NCBI GenBank assembly: GCA_963837955.1 | Contig: CAWIPH010000002.1 | Span: 4,320,001-4,384,000 of the forward strand | Reading direction: 5' to 3' | DNA from: an uncultured Verrucomicrobiae bacterium | Lineage (GTDB): Bacteria; Verrucomicrobiota; Verrucomicrobiia; Chthoniobacterales; JAFAMB01 | DNA length: 64,000 nt | Made by a program: the position numbers and the translations under genes | Shown here: positions 38,325 through 48,946 of the stretch, one piece after another | Position numbering within the stretch: the stretch's first letter is position 1 | How the letters are laid out: each line of letters starts with the position of its first letter | Notes under the pieces: model-generated | What the model was told of the DNA's origin: nothing | The model's database searches: none | What the model saw: only the letters and a program-made list of their open reading frames with translations

Positions 38325-39605
38325 ATGGACTATTTCTTCCACAGCTATCCAAAGGAATTAGCGAAACAGATCGCTTCTCGATGGGGGTCTGCTTCAGATG
38401 TACTCGATGCGCTTCCGCCGGAAGAGGCGCTTGCTTCGTTCTTGAGTGAAGCGTACCAGGCGAGCTTACTTCGCGAGGAGGGCCGTTCCGTTATCTGCCG
38501 CCTGATTCTCATCGATCCGATCGAACTCAGCGACGAAGTTGGACCGCCGAAAGGATTACATGTCCTAAAATTCCGCGAGGAGAGGTCGATGCATGAGGAA
38601 GAGATCAGGCGCCTAAGCCCGACTGCAACTTTTTATCGGTCGTTGATAGGAGTGCGCTGGGACCCTAATAAGGGTTTTTTAATTTGGGGGATTATCAATT
38701 CCGGTTCCCGCTGGATTCACCAGACTGACGGTGGACGCTTGCGCTGCCCGGTCGTTCCGGATCGATTAATTATCCACGTCCGCGGACCGGGTAGTTTAAT
38801 TGTTTTAAGAGGCGAAAATCGCGTGGCCACACTGATCAATGGAAAACTCCAAGGCCATGGCTTCAACATCTACGAAGCAAGTTGGCTGGCGAAGCTGCAA
38901 GAGAGATTCGCTAAGTGGGTGCTGCACGAATGCTTCAAGGACCACCACCACTCGGGCGCAACGGTGGAACTGGATTTCACCCGAATCCTTGCCCAAAATG
39001 TGATGAGGCGAGTGATTAGCCAGGTTAGACGCGCACGACACGGCGGCATGATGATCATCGTAGCGAGCCCGAACTGGGATAAGCTGGTCCGTTCGGACGG
39101 GCCCATTTGCCCGAAGTACTGGATCGAAGACACCAAGGCGCGACGTCGTTACCGAGAGCTGATTTTTTCTGCTGTTCGGACTCTTTCAGAGATTGGAGCG
39201 GAGCGCGGTTTCCGAACAGTTGGCTGGAAGCAGTATCAGGAAATCAGCGACGATCGCTTAGCCGAAATCGATGATGCCATCTTCGAATGCGCACATCTAC
39301 TCGCAGATCTCATGGCGGTGGATGGTGCGCTCGTTCTCACCGCCACACGGGATATCATCGGATTTGGCGCGGAAGTCCACGTGCCGACCCAAGAAAATGA
39401 AATTGTCTACCGAGCGCTCGATATCGAAGCCGAGCAGGTAGTACCAGAGCGTGCGGACAATGCCGGGACTCGGCACCGCGCTGCCTACCGGCTGACCAGA
39501 GACTATCCGGAATGCATGGTCACAGTAGTATCGCAGGACGGCAGTGTGCGATACGTGGGGAATCCGAACGGGAAAATTACATATTGGGACGTCCTCTCAA
39601 TCTAG
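38325..39605 (+). CDS. DisA_N/diadenylate-cyclase-fold protein with N-terminal putative sensor domain (DACNV-like)
   Basis: C-terminal AVDGALVL, GTRHRAAY and VVSQDGSV; also HGGM.IIV; N-terminal AYQASLLREEGR. No TM segment seen. Confidence 0.8.
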   Translation: MDYFFHSYPKELAKQIASRWGSASDVLDALPPEEALASFLSEAYQASLLREEGRSVICRLILIDPIELSDEVGPPKGLHVLKFREERSMHEEEIRRLSPTATFYRSLIGVRWDPNKGFLIWGIINSGSRWIHQTDGGRLRCPVVPDRLIIHVRGPGSLIVLRGENRVATLINGKLQGHGFNIYEASWLAKLQERFAKWVLHECFKDHHHSGATVELDFTRILAQNVMRRVISQVRRARHGGMMIIVASPNWDKLVRSDGPICPKYWIEDTKARRRYRELIFSAVRTLSEIGAERGFRTVGWKQYQEISDDRLAEIDDAIFECAHLLADLMAVDGALVLTATRDIIGFGAEVHVPTQENEIVYRALDIEAEQVVPERADNAGTRHRAAYRLTRDYPECMVTVVSQDGSVRYVGNPNGKITYWDVLSI

Positions 39606-39666
39606 CGGGCAGCTAACGAAAGGTATGGTGAGGCTCGAAGGGTAAGTCTCGATCTCTATCTCGCAC

Positions 39667-41325
39667 ATGATTGTTGCTACTCAAAACCTTTGGCGCCCCC
39701 GACTCAATTTACTTTGCGGCGCAACGTTAGTTGTCATTCTTCTTTTTTCTGGCTGCGCTTCCCAGCCGGAATCGATTACTGGGGAAACACCGAACCTGAC
39801 GCTGCAGCGCGAACTTCATCGTCTGGAGATCAGTAAGCGAGATGATCAGCAGCAATTAGCCGACTACCTGCGGATCGCAGAAATCACGTCAAAACGATTG
39901 GAGGAAAAACAGTCGGGCCCGGACCACGCAGGTAATGACTTACTGATTACAACCTACAACCGGGCCGTGGCCGATTTCGTTGTCAGTTGGTCTCATCAAA
40001 ACCGGCCGCAGGAAATCCACGATGCCAGAAATGGCCGGAACACACATCTGTTGATTTCGCGTTCACCGGATACAACTTGGTCACCGAGTTATTTCGCAAG
40101 TTTCGGAAATGCTTGGCGGGTCGATCGCCGGCGTTTCTGGAAATCTACCGATCGATCCGGCTTAGGCGGAACCCTGATCGGCATTCACCCGACAGTAACC
40201 GCGGGAGGAGTACCTCAACGACTGGAGCCTCCTAAGGGATTTCGCATTGCCGTCACAGCCCTTCTCCGATTCACGGGCCGCCCAAAGCCGAACGAAACAG
40301 AGGCTCAATTGGAACTGGTGAATCCGCGAATCCAGGATTCCGTCCGGCTGAGAAAACGTAGATTCTCGCTAGCTGCCGATTTCACCGCCCCTGCGGCTGC
40401 CTACGCCAGGATCAACGCATTCTGGGCAGGCATCGTGAACATGGTCCTAGGCGAGAAAACGCAAGCCCAATCAGGGCTCTATCTGCTGGAGCCGTACGAT
40501 CCAAATCGCATTCCCGTAGTATACGTTCACGGATTGCTCTCATCGGGCTATACCTGGCTAAACGTTAGCAACGCTGTTCGAGCGGATCCACAGATCCGAA
40601 AGCGATATCAGGTCTGGATCTTCTTTTATCCGACCGGAAACCCCATCCTCTATTCCGCGCTACGATTGCGCGAAGACCTCGCTCTAGCTCAGAAAAAGTA
40701 TGGTCTGGAACACGGGATCGTTCTGATAGGACATAGCATGGGCGGCATCCTATGCCGGCTTCAGGCAACAGACATTGGTCCGGCAGATTGGACGGCAGTT
40801 TTCCATGCACGTGCAACAGAGCTTCTCCCTCTCGTTGAGGCAAGACCGGTGCTGCGAGACGCATTGCTCTTCCGTGCAAATCCTCTCGTAAAACGAATCA
40901 TCTTTATTTCAACTCCCCATCGGGGAAGTGCCATCGCCTCGGGGGGCATCGGTGCCCTCGGTGATCGGTTGATCCGTCTGCCGGCAACTATCACCAATGG
41001 TGTACCTCGACAAATAGCGCGGCTTGCCAATGCCAGGGGGATGAGGATTCCCACCAGCATCGACGGGCTGTCTCCTAAGTCTCCGTTATTTAAGGTATAT
41101 GACCGGCTAGCCATTCGTTCGCCGCACCATTCCATTATTGGCGATCGAGGTAGAGGCGACACCCCAAATAGTTCGGATGGCGTTGTACCGTATTGGAGTT
41201 CACATCTCGATACAGCGAGGTCCGAATTGATCGTCCCGACCGGGCACGGCGCAATGGAGAGCCCTCTCGCTATAGCGGAGATCCAGCGAATTCTGCGTTT
41301 AAACGCCAGCTTGCCTGCTCGTTAA
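39667..41325 (+). CDS. Alpha/beta hydrolase lipoprotein (esterase/lipase-like)
   Basis: Lipobox FSGC, VYVHGLLS, nucleophile GHSMGG, TPHRGS, SDGVVPYWSSHL and GH. Confidence 0.85.
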   Translation: MIVATQNLWRPRLNLLCGATLVVILLFSGCASQPESITGETPNLTLQRELHRLEISKRDDQQQLADYLRIAEITSKRLEEKQSGPDHAGNDLLITTYNRAVADFVVSWSHQNRPQEIHDARNGRNTHLLISRSPDTTWSPSYFASFGNAWRVDRRRFWKSTDRSGLGGTLIGIHPTVTAGGVPQRLEPPKGFRIAVTALLRFTGRPKPNETEAQLELVNPRIQDSVRLRKRRFSLAADFTAPAAAYARINAFWAGIVNMVLGEKTQAQSGLYLLEPYDPNRIPVVYVHGLLSSGYTWLNVSNAVRADPQIRKRYQVWIFFYPTGNPILYSALRLREDLALAQKKYGLEHGIVLIGHSMGGILCRLQATDIGPADWTAVFHARATELLPLVEARPVLRDALLFRANPLVKRIIFISTPHRGSAIASGGIGALGDRLIRLPATITNGVPRQIARLANARGMRIPTSIDGLSPKSPLFKVYDRLAIRSPHHSIIGDRGRGDTPNSSDGVVPYWSSHLDTARSELIVPTGHGAMESPLAIAEIQRILRLNASLPAR

Positions 41326-42101
41326 CCCATCTTCCTTCGAAGCTCTACCAACATCCGGTCGGTAGCATTGAGTCGAATGAATCCGATGCGCGGAAATTCG
41401 ATGTCGAGAATGACATAAATTGTCACGGTGATCACTGCCGCGAACACAATGATGTGCAACCAGCTGCGCACCTTCGCCTCAGCCATCCCATACCCGGCGA
41501 TCAACGAACTAACCAACGCAAGTCCAACCAGGATAGCGTAGATCATTAAAGGCGGGTGCGTATTAGCTGCCACGAACCGGATCGTCGAATTTGCGATCCA
41601 TTCGTTAATCGCCGGAAGGAGAATGTACGCGGCAGTCGACTGGCTGTTCGGATTTCGGCACGCAGCGATTACCTGGTTTTGAATATCGAGCTTTAAGGCC
41701 GAAGCTCGCGCGTATGCCCGTTTGGCCAAACGAATATCGGGCAGCGCCTTAATAGCTTCCAGTTCCGCGTCGAGGTAGCGGCGAAAACTTTCTTTGAATT
41801 TTGTCTGAATCGGGTCAGGAAACAGATCGAGGAGATAATAGGCTTTGCTGAGAGTATTAACCTCTTGAACAGCTAACTGTTTCCGCGCATCAAATCGCGA
41901 TGCGGCTCCGGAAAAGGTGAAGGCAAGAAGGAGCCCGAGCAGACTAAAAACGACTCCTACGACCGCGCCGAGGCCAGCCTTTGCACCCTCAGGATCCACC
42001 GTCATTCGCCGGACAGCGATCCCACGCCCGACCTCGAGCAGCAGCAACATCGCGCAAAACAATCCGACGGCAAACAAGATCGCAAATAGTGTGTAACTCA
42101 T
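41322..42101 (-). CDS. DUF4239-like membrane protein
   Basis: Motifs LLGLLLAFTFS.A.SRFD.RK...V.E.N and ILDIEFPR.G.IR. Confidence 0.75.
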   Translation of the reverse strand: MSYTLFAILFAVGLFCAMLLLLEVGRGIAVRRMTVDPEGAKAGLGAVVGVVFSLLGLLLAFTFSGAASRFDARKQLAVQEVNTLSKAYYLLDLFPDPIQTKFKESFRRYLDAELEAIKALPDIRLAKRAYARASALKLDIQNQVIAACRNPNSQSTAAYILLPAINEWIANSTIRFVAANTHPPLMIYAILVGLALVSSLIAGYGMAEAKVRSWLHIIVFAAVITVTIYVILDIEFPRIGFIRLNATDRMLVELRRKMG

Positions 42102-42330
42102 ATCGACTTTGCTTTTCCACGTCGGCGTGACCTCGTTTGCGATTGTCCTTGCGGAAGAGGAAAACGGCAGATTATAGGCACATTCAAGTTCGCTCGGTCG
42201 AGAACGGACTCATTCGGCGTCTAGATCAAGTTGGGCGAGACGTGGTCACGGCAACTTGCAAACGCAATCGGCCCGCAGATTCTGCGGGCCGATTACTAAT
42301 CCCCAACAACTGCAAGAAACTGGCCTAACC

Positions 42331-42969
42331 CTAAGCTGCTTCTCCGAACACCGTGGCCATCGTTTGCAAGATTAATGCTCCTGAGGTCGCGCCAGCGTCC
42401 AGAACCCCTCGAGACCGCTCACCTAACCGGCTAGCACGACCGATTTTCGCAACGAGATCGCGCGTAGATTCTTTTCCGTTCTCCGCGGCCGCGGCCATTT
42501 GCGCCAAAGAATCCGGGAATGACGCCCCCCGAATAGCAGCCGCCTCGTACGCCGCCTCCGCTGGTATTAAAACGTCCATGATAGTTTTGTCACCTACCTT
42601 GGCTCCGCCCAATTCTTCGAGGCCGGTTCGAGCCGCTTGCAGCATTTCGCCAAATGCTTTTTCATCGATCTCCGGTTTGTCTTTTGCCAGGAGGCTCATT
42701 TGCAAAAAAAAAGTGCCATAGAGTGGGCCCATTGAGCCACCTATCTCAGTCAGCAACGTCTGACCGATTAGTGCCAGCCCTTCACTCACTGAGACATCTC
42801 GTTCACCCAATCGACTCTTAACCAACCCAAAACCCTTGGCCATATTGATCCCGTGGTCGCCGTCCCCGATCTTACCGTCGATCTCGCTGAGGTACGCTTT
42901 GTTCTCCTCGATCACCTGAACAAGCGCTAAAACCAATTTTCTACCTTCCGAATTCGGATAATTGGCCAT
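42331..42969 (-). CDS. dhaL: Dihydroxyacetone/tetrulose kinase L subunit
   Basis: Motifs D...GDGDHG.NM..GF, GGSMGPLYG, GDKT..D and GRASRLGERS.G..DAGA. Confidence 0.93.
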   Translation of the reverse strand: MANYPNSEGRKLVLALVQVIEENKAYLSEIDGKIGDGDHGINMAKGFGLVKSRLGERDVSVSEGLALIGQTLLTEIGGSMGPLYGTFFLQMSLLAKDKPEIDEKAFGEMLQAARTGLEELGGAKVGDKTIMDVLIPAEAAYEAAAIRGASFPDSLAQMAAAAENGKESTRDLVAKIGRASRLGERSRGVLDAGATSGALILQTMATVFGEAA

Positions 42970-42988
42970 TTGCTATTTATGATTCAGC

Positions 42989-44005
42989 TCACGCGGAAGC
43001 CGCCATCTGAGTGAGACCCATGCTATCGGCCTCCAGATCAATCAATGACCGAAGCTCGTTATCGAGTTTCATCACGGTAAAAGTGATTCCCATCATCTCG
43101 AGGGAGGTAAAGTAGTTGCCTACATAAGAACGATGCACCTTCACGTTTGCTTTGGCCAAGAGGTCATACATCTTGTTAAAAGCAATATAGAGTTCCATCA
43201 CGGGAGTCGCACCTAGCCCCGAGACGAGAACCACCACTTCGTCCCCCGCGCGGAATGGCAAATCAGGTAGGATATGATCAAGAGCAAGCGTGGCAATCTC
43301 ATCTGCCGATTTCAGGTCGCCAATTTCCACGCCAGGTTCTCCATGATGTCCGATGCCAAATTCCATTTTCCCTGGGTCGATGGAAAAATTCGGTTTGCCT
43401 ACGGCAGGAATCGTACATGGGGTCAGACCCACCCCAATACTCCGAGTATTGTCGATCGCTCTTTGAGCAACGGCGATTACCTCATCCAACGACCCGTTCA
43501 GAGCAGCCTTTGCCCCACCGACTTTCCACATCAAAACCTCGCCCGCGACGCCGCGCCGCTTCCCCGCCTCCGCTTTGGGTGCTGATGCGACATCGTCGTT
43601 CGCCACCACCGTTTTCACCTCGATTCCTTCAGCAGCCGCCAACTGTTTGGCCATCTTAACATTCATGTTATCGCCCGCGTAATTACCGTATAGACAGGCG
43701 ACCCCGGCGCCGGCGTTAGCCGCCTTGAACGCGTCCAGGAACGCTTGGGCAGACGGAGAACTAAAGATCTCACCCACCGCGACCGCGTCACATAAGTTTT
43801 TGCCGATGTAACCGATAAACGCGGGCTTGTGTCCAGACCCACCTCCGGTTACGACGCCGACTTTGCCTTTGACCGGCGCTTTGGCGTACTTCAAAACCCG
43901 AGAATTCTCTGGCACCGCCGCCACGCGATCCGGGTGAGCCTTCACAAATCCTTGGAGCATTTCTTCGACTACCAGATTTGGATCATTGATGATTCGTTGC
44001 ATCAC
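42989..44005 (-). CDS. dhaK: Dihydroxyacetone/tetrulose kinase K subunit
   Basis: Motifs GGGSGHKPAF.GY.G, NYAGD.MN, RRGVAG and GIGHHGEPG. Confidence 0.93.
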   Translation of the reverse strand: MMQRIINDPNLVVEEMLQGFVKAHPDRVAAVPENSRVLKYAKAPVKGKVGVVTGGGSGHKPAFIGYIGKNLCDAVAVGEIFSSPSAQAFLDAFKAANAGAGVACLYGNYAGDNMNVKMAKQLAAAEGIEVKTVVANDDVASAPKAEAGKRRGVAGEVLMWKVGGAKAALNGSLDEVIAVAQRAIDNTRSIGVGLTPCTIPAVGKPNFSIDPGKMEFGIGHHGEPGVEIGDLKSADEIATLALDHILPDLPFRAGDEVVVLVSGLGATPVMELYIAFNKMYDLLAKANVKVHRSYVGNYFTSLEMMGITFTVMKLDNELRSLIDLEADSMGLTQMAASA

Positions 44006-44015
44006 TCTTTCGGGG

Positions 44016-44492
44016 TTAACCCTGTTGAAACTGTTTTTCGATCTCTTTTATCCGCGCCACCTTCGGAGTTGAGCGACCTCCTTGAAACTCCGACGCCAGC
44101 CAAATATCGACGAGTAGTTTGGCCAAGTCAGTGCCGACCACCCGGCCGCCCATCGTCATAATTTGGCAATCGTTACTCTTGCGGGAACGTTCCGCGGAAT
44201 ACGCATCATGGCAGACCGCGGCCCGGATTCCCGGGATTTTGTTTGCGGTGATGGCAACACCGATTCCCGTGCCGCACATCACAATGCCGCGGTCATGTTT
44301 TCCTGCCAGAATCGCTTCAGCTACTACCAAGGCTACGTCCGGGTAAAGTGTCTGAGAAGACGGATCAGCGATACCATAGTCCTCGACTGCAATACTTTGT
44401 GATTTCAGGTGTTCCACTATGGCCACCTTCAGGTGATACGCCGCGTCGTCTGCTCCGATCGCGATTGGCTTTACCGATGCATTCTTTTCCAT
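44016..44492 (-). CDS. rpiB: RpiB/LacAB family sugar-phosphate isomerase (DerI-like in this context)
   Basis: Motifs CGTGIG..I.ANK.PGIRAA.CHD.YSA.R...SN and F.GGRS. Confidence 0.88.
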   Translation of the reverse strand: MEKNASVKPIAIGADDAAYHLKVAIVEHLKSQSIAVEDYGIADPSSQTLYPDVALVVAEAILAGKHDRGIVMCGTGIGVAITANKIPGIRAAVCHDAYSAERSRKSNDCQIMTMGGRVVGTDLAKLLVDIWLASEFQGGRSTPKVARIKEIEKQFQQG

Positions 44493-44578
44493 GAACGACT
44501 CCTGCGACGCTTAGTCCGTTCTCATCGCCGCGCGAGTTGGGACGTTCCCAACTCGCCTTTAACTCCAGCGGAAGTTGA

Positions 44579-45715
44579 TTACGGCACTAAGAGAATCTTG
44601 AGCGAGTTCTCGCCCTTCTTCATCATCTCAAGGCCTTTCTCATACTCTTCCAGCGGTAACTGATGGGTGACCACGCCGCGGGTAGGCAAGCGGCCGTCTC
44701 CGATCGCGTCGATCACGAACGGATAGCAGTAAGGCCCGAGATGTACACCTAACACATCTAACTGCTTGCGATCGGAAATGATGCTCCAGTCGACGGTGAC
44801 ATCGTGCGAGAAGACGCTAAACTCGACGAACCGGCCAAGTTTTCGAATCATCTGCAATCCCTGAACAACTGCATTCGGGTGGCCGGTAGCTTCGATGTAA
44901 ATATCGCAGCCATATCCGCCCGTCATCTCTTTAACAATCTTGACGACGTCATCCTCGAGTGGGTTTAGAACCATGTCTGCGCCAAACTCTTTCGCGAGTT
45001 TCAGCCGTTCCGGCTTGACGTCCAAAACCACTAATTTCTTTGGGTTTCGCAGTCTCGCTGCCCCTACCATTCCGAGACCAAGCGTACCCGCGCCGGCCTG
45101 GACAACTACGTCATCCCAGCCGATCTGGGCTCGCTTAATACACCACGCCGAGCAGGCGTAGGGCTCGACTAAAATGGCCTTTTCGATCGGCAGATCCTCT
45201 GGTACGTGGTGGTTGATTCCTTCTTTGGGATACCGCATGTATTCAGCAAAGCCGCCGTTCACATTGTTCTGAAACCCGTAAACATCGTGCTTCTCACACA
45301 TCCAGTACTCGCCGCGCTTGCAGAATCGACACTCCCAGCAAGGCACGATCTGTTCTGAGATGAGGCGGTCACCAATCTTTACCTCTCCGCGCTTGGCCAC
45401 GTTCTCCCCCATCTCAACTACGTGGCCCAGAAATTCGTGCCCAGGAATCATCGGCGCTTTGATATAAGGCGGTTGACCATTTCCGCCCCAAAACGATTCG
45501 GCGCCTACGTACGATTTAATATCTCCGGCACAAATGCCGCAGGCCTCAACTTTGACGATAATATCATCAGCACCGGCGCGCGGCACCGGCACTTCTTCTA
45601 GCCTATAATCACCAGGCGCGTAGGCAACTACCGCCCGCATAGTTTTAGGTAGATCTTCTTTTGATGTAGCCGCGCGAGAGGCGGGTGCTGAAACTTCGAG
45701 TGTTTGGGGGTTCAT
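44579..45715 (-). CDS. eltD: Zn-dependent polyol dehydrogenase, erythritol/L-threitol dehydrogenase-like
   Basis: Motifs CGICAGD, PMIPGHEF, CWECRFC......C and DWSIISDRK.LDV.G.HLGPYCYP; adjacent to RpiB and DhaKL. Confidence 0.65.
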   Translation of the reverse strand: MNPQTLEVSAPASRAATSKEDLPKTMRAVVAYAPGDYRLEEVPVPRAGADDIIVKVEACGICAGDIKSYVGAESFWGGNGQPPYIKAPMIPGHEFLGHVVEMGENVAKRGEVKIGDRLISEQIVPCWECRFCKRGEYWMCEKHDVYGFQNNVNGGFAEYMRYPKEGINHHVPEDLPIEKAILVEPYACSAWCIKRAQIGWDDVVVQAGAGTLGLGMVGAARLRNPKKLVVLDVKPERLKLAKEFGADMVLNPLEDDVVKIVKEMTGGYGCDIYIEATGHPNAVVQGLQMIRKLGRFVEFSVFSHDVTVDWSIISDRKQLDVLGVHLGPYCYPFVIDAIGDGRLPTRGVVTHQLPLEEYEKGLEMMKKGENSLKILLVP

Positions 45716-45793
45716 ATTAGCTCTCCAATTTTTTGTTTTTGAAACATTTCATCGCAAACGTGACCGGCAACCTAACTTTTCGAAAAAATCCAC

Positions 45794-46942
45794 TCATGGA
45801 AGATGGGCCTGGACCTCGCCCCTATCTCGCAGACTGTCTAAATCTCGCCCTTTTTCGCTTTCGGATAGTCGCGCCCCGTTTTTCACATCGAAGAGATTTA
45901 GATCTTCATCATTAAAAGTGAGATATACCTGCTGGCCCGGTTGGTAGCGTCGCGTTACCGGGATACTCGACATAAGAAGGATCTCTCCATATCTCACACC
46001 GACTCGAGTCTCATCTCCCAGGTTCTCCACGACGGTAACCTTTCCAGCGACGCTGCCCTCCGCGGGAGTCGGACTGATCCGAATCCCCCAAGGACGAATG
46101 CCAAGTTTTACTTCGCTTCGCGCGCCCAGGCGTTCCTCCAAGAATGGATTGAGCGGAAGGGCAAATTCCGTGTCCGGAATGATCAGCCGACCGGAGTCAA
46201 CCACTGCCCGAAAGATATTCATCGGAGGCTCCCCCAGGAAACCTGCGACGAACTCGTTTGCCGGGTGATTGAACACTTCCAGCGGCGTATCAAACTGTTG
46301 AAGCTTACCTTCGTTCATCACGGCGATTCTATCCGCCAGTGCCATGGCCTCTAACTGATCATGGGTGACTATGACGGTGGTAAACCGCCGCTCGGCGTGC
46401 AGACGCTTAATCTCGGTACGCAACTCCACCCGAAGGCGCGCATCGAGATGGCTGAGTGGCTCATCGAGCAATAGAACAGCTGGCCGTCGAACCATTGCCC
46501 GAGCCATATTAACACGTTGTTTTTGCCCACTGCTGAGAGCGATTGGCTTAAGATCAAGCAATTCCTCGATACGAAGTGTCCGAGCGATTTCGGCCACCCT
46601 TTTCGTGATCTCTTTAGCGTTCATCCCATGCGCTTTGAGGTTAAATGCCAAGTTCTCCCGGACCTTAAGCGGTGGATAGAGAGCATAATTTTCAAACGCT
46701 AATCCGACTCCTCGATCCTTCGGATGCACCCGATTTACCAGTTTGCTGCCCACCCGGATCTCTCCATCCGTCACCGACTCGAGCCCGGCAACCATCCGAA
46801 GCGTTGTGGATTTCCCACAGCCAGAGGGACCGAGCAACGCCACAAACTCCCCGTCTTTGATCGCGAGATCGAGCTGGTCCACCGCGGGCGGCTGGGCCGG
46901 TGTATAAGACTTCGTCAGTCTTTTCAACACGAGTTCAGACAT
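45794..46942 (-). CDS. Sugar ABC transporter ATP-binding protein (MalK-like)
   Basis: Motifs GPSGCGKST, LSSGQKQR and LLDEPLSHLD; TOBE tail. Confidence 0.93.
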   Translation of the reverse strand: MSELVLKRLTKSYTPAQPPAVDQLDLAIKDGEFVALLGPSGCGKSTTLRMVAGLESVTDGEIRVGSKLVNRVHPKDRGVGLAFENYALYPPLKVRENLAFNLKAHGMNAKEITKRVAEIARTLRIEELLDLKPIALSSGQKQRVNMARAMVRRPAVLLLDEPLSHLDARLRVELRTEIKRLHAERRFTTVIVTHDQLEAMALADRIAVMNEGKLQQFDTPLEVFNHPANEFVAGFLGEPPMNIFRAVVDSGRLIIPDTEFALPLNPFLEERLGARSEVKLGIRPWGIRISPTPAEGSVAGKVTVVENLGDETRVGVRYGEILLMSSIPVTRRYQPGQQVYLTFNDEDLNLFDVKNGARLSESEKGRDLDSLRDRGEVQAHLP

Positions 46943-48074
46943 TGGAAAACTCCTCCGCTGTCTGAGCCGAGCGCGCTAGATATTCCGCGCTGCCCGGATC
47001 AAAAAAGATTAGCGCCGTTGTTGGGACGTTGAAATTGATTCGCCGATCCACCTCAAATGTTCGGTGACCGTCGACCAGGGCCCGGACACGCTGGCCTCCT
47101 ACCGAATCGATCGTGACCACCGATTTTGTACCAAGAGGCTCGAAGCTGTAGACGACACCCCTGAAAGCCGTTTTACTGTCGCTCGAAATCTCCACGTCAG
47201 CGGGACGAAAGCCAACTTGGACCGTACCACTTGAGAGACCTTCTAACGCCCGATCGATATCTTCCGGAACCGAGACATTCCAGTCTTCGCCCAGCATCTG
47301 AAAACGAACGGCCTCACGACTCTTACTTTTAACCTTCGCTTCGACGATGTTAATTTCCGGATCTCCAAAGAGCTGGGCGACCTCGACGCTGGCCGGCCGG
47401 AAATAAACCTCTTCTGGAGCGCCTATTTGCAGAATCTGACCATGGTTGATCACAGCGACCCGATCGCCTAGGCTCATCGCTTCCAGGTAATCATGGGTGA
47501 CGTAAATCGTGGTTGTCCCGAGCTGACCGCGCATCTCTTTGAGTTCGGCCCGCATCGAATGTCTCAATTTGGCGTCCAGGTGACTGAGTGGTTCGTCCAT
47601 CAGAAATACGTCCGGGCGCCGCACCAATGCTCGTCCTAGCGCAGTCCTTTGTCGCTGACCATTGCTCAGTGCCTGGATCGGACGGTTAAGCAGGTGGTCG
47701 ATCTTGAGCATTTCTGCAAAATGCCGTACGCGCCGCTCGACCTCTTCCGAGGGAAGTCGATGTTTGGGGCTTTTCAGCGGGAAAGCCATATTCTGATAAA
47801 CGGTAAACTGCGGATACAGCGCGTAACTCTCAAAAACCATTGCGACGTTTCGGTCTGCCGGCTCCAGCGAATCTACCAATCTGCTTCCGATCCGGATCGA
47901 TCCTTGATTAGGAGTTACAATGCCCGCGATCAGGTTAAGAGTCGTCGTTTTCCCGGCTCCAGCTGGACCGAACACAGTCAAAAACTCTTGATCGGGAATA
48001 TCTAATGAAACGTTCTCAACGCCTCGTCGCTTCCCGTAGAATTTAGTTAGTCCAGTTAGCTGAACACTCGCCAT
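46935..48074 (-). CDS. Sugar ABC transporter ATP-binding protein (second, MalK-like)
   Basis: Motifs GPAGAGKTT, LSNGQRQR and LMDEPLSHLD. Confidence 0.93.
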   Translation of the reverse strand: MASVQLTGLTKFYGKRRGVENVSLDIPDQEFLTVFGPAGAGKTTTLNLIAGIVTPNQGSIRIGSRLVDSLEPADRNVAMVFESYALYPQFTVYQNMAFPLKSPKHRLPSEEVERRVRHFAEMLKIDHLLNRPIQALSNGQRQRTALGRALVRRPDVFLMDEPLSHLDAKLRHSMRAELKEMRGQLGTTTIYVTHDYLEAMSLGDRVAVINHGQILQIGAPEEVYFRPASVEVAQLFGDPEINIVEAKVKSKSREAVRFQMLGEDWNVSVPEDIDRALEGLSSGTVQVGFRPADVEISSDSKTAFRGVVYSFEPLGTKSVVTIDSVGGQRVRALVDGHRTFEVDRRINFNVPTTALIFFDPGSAEYLARSAQTAEEFSNV

Positions 48075-48087
48075 AACAAAAAATAAA

Positions 48088-48918
48088 TCAGCCTTTTACC
48101 GCTCCAAATGATAGTCCACGCACAAGATGTTTCTGTATTAACAAGGCCAGGATAACTTCCGGAAGCGCAGAAATGGCTGCGGCTGCCGCCACCTGACCAT
48201 AGTGAACCGTGTCGGAGGCGAGATACCGAAGAGCGATGACCGTCGAAGTTTGAACGTTATTTGAAAGCAGCAACGGGAAGGTGAACGCATTCCAAGCGAA
48301 GATGAAGCAGAGCAGCCCGGCCGCAACCAACCCAGGTTTGACCAGCGGTAAGAGAACCTGAAGAAACACCTGCCACCAGCTGTATCCGTCGAGTTGCGCC
48401 GCAGCTTCAATATCGGGCGAAATGTCTTCAAAGAAACCACGCAAGATCCAGATCAGAAGCGGGAGTGTGATGAGCTGATAAACCCAAATCAATCCCAAGT
48501 AGGTATCGTAAAGACCTAACCGCTGGTAAATCAGGTAGAGCGGGAGAATGACCAGGATTTCCGGTGCGAAACGGAAAGATAGGATCGTGAACGCGATATC
48601 CTCTTTCAGTTTGAACTGGAACCGAGCGAGAGCGTAGGCGGCTGGCACACCCACCACCAGAGAAACCAGGACCGCTGCCACGCTAACAATGAGATTGTTG
48701 CAAAAGAACTTCATGTAATCGGATTGAAGAACGGTAGCGTAGTTCTCCAGCGTGGGCGTGAAAATGAATGTCGTCGTCAACATCTGGCTGTCTGGCTTGA
48801 GCGACATAATCACCATCCAGAGCAAAGGGAAAAGTGCGAAAAGCGCGTAGATCAAAAGCAAGATCATCTGAATCGCCTTACCGATTCCAGCCAGGGGCGA
48901 GTTAGTGCGCTGTATCAT
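48088..48918 (-). CDS. Carbohydrate ABC transporter permease (MalG-like)
   Basis: AAYALARF and the EAA loop IEAAAQLDG; about 6 TM segments. Confidence 0.92.
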   Translation of the reverse strand: MIQRTNSPLAGIGKAIQMILLLIYALFALFPLLWMVIMSLKPDSQMLTTTFIFTPTLENYATVLQSDYMKFFCNNLIVSVAAVLVSLVVGVPAAYALARFQFKLKEDIAFTILSFRFAPEILVILPLYLIYQRLGLYDTYLGLIWVYQLITLPLLIWILRGFFEDISPDIEAAAQLDGYSWWQVFLQVLLPLVKPGLVAAGLLCFIFAWNAFTFPLLLSNNVQTSTVIALRYLASDTVHYGQVAAAAAISALPEVILALLIQKHLVRGLSFGAVKG

Positions 48919-48946
48919 AAGTGTATCGCGTTTCCCCGATGAAGGA

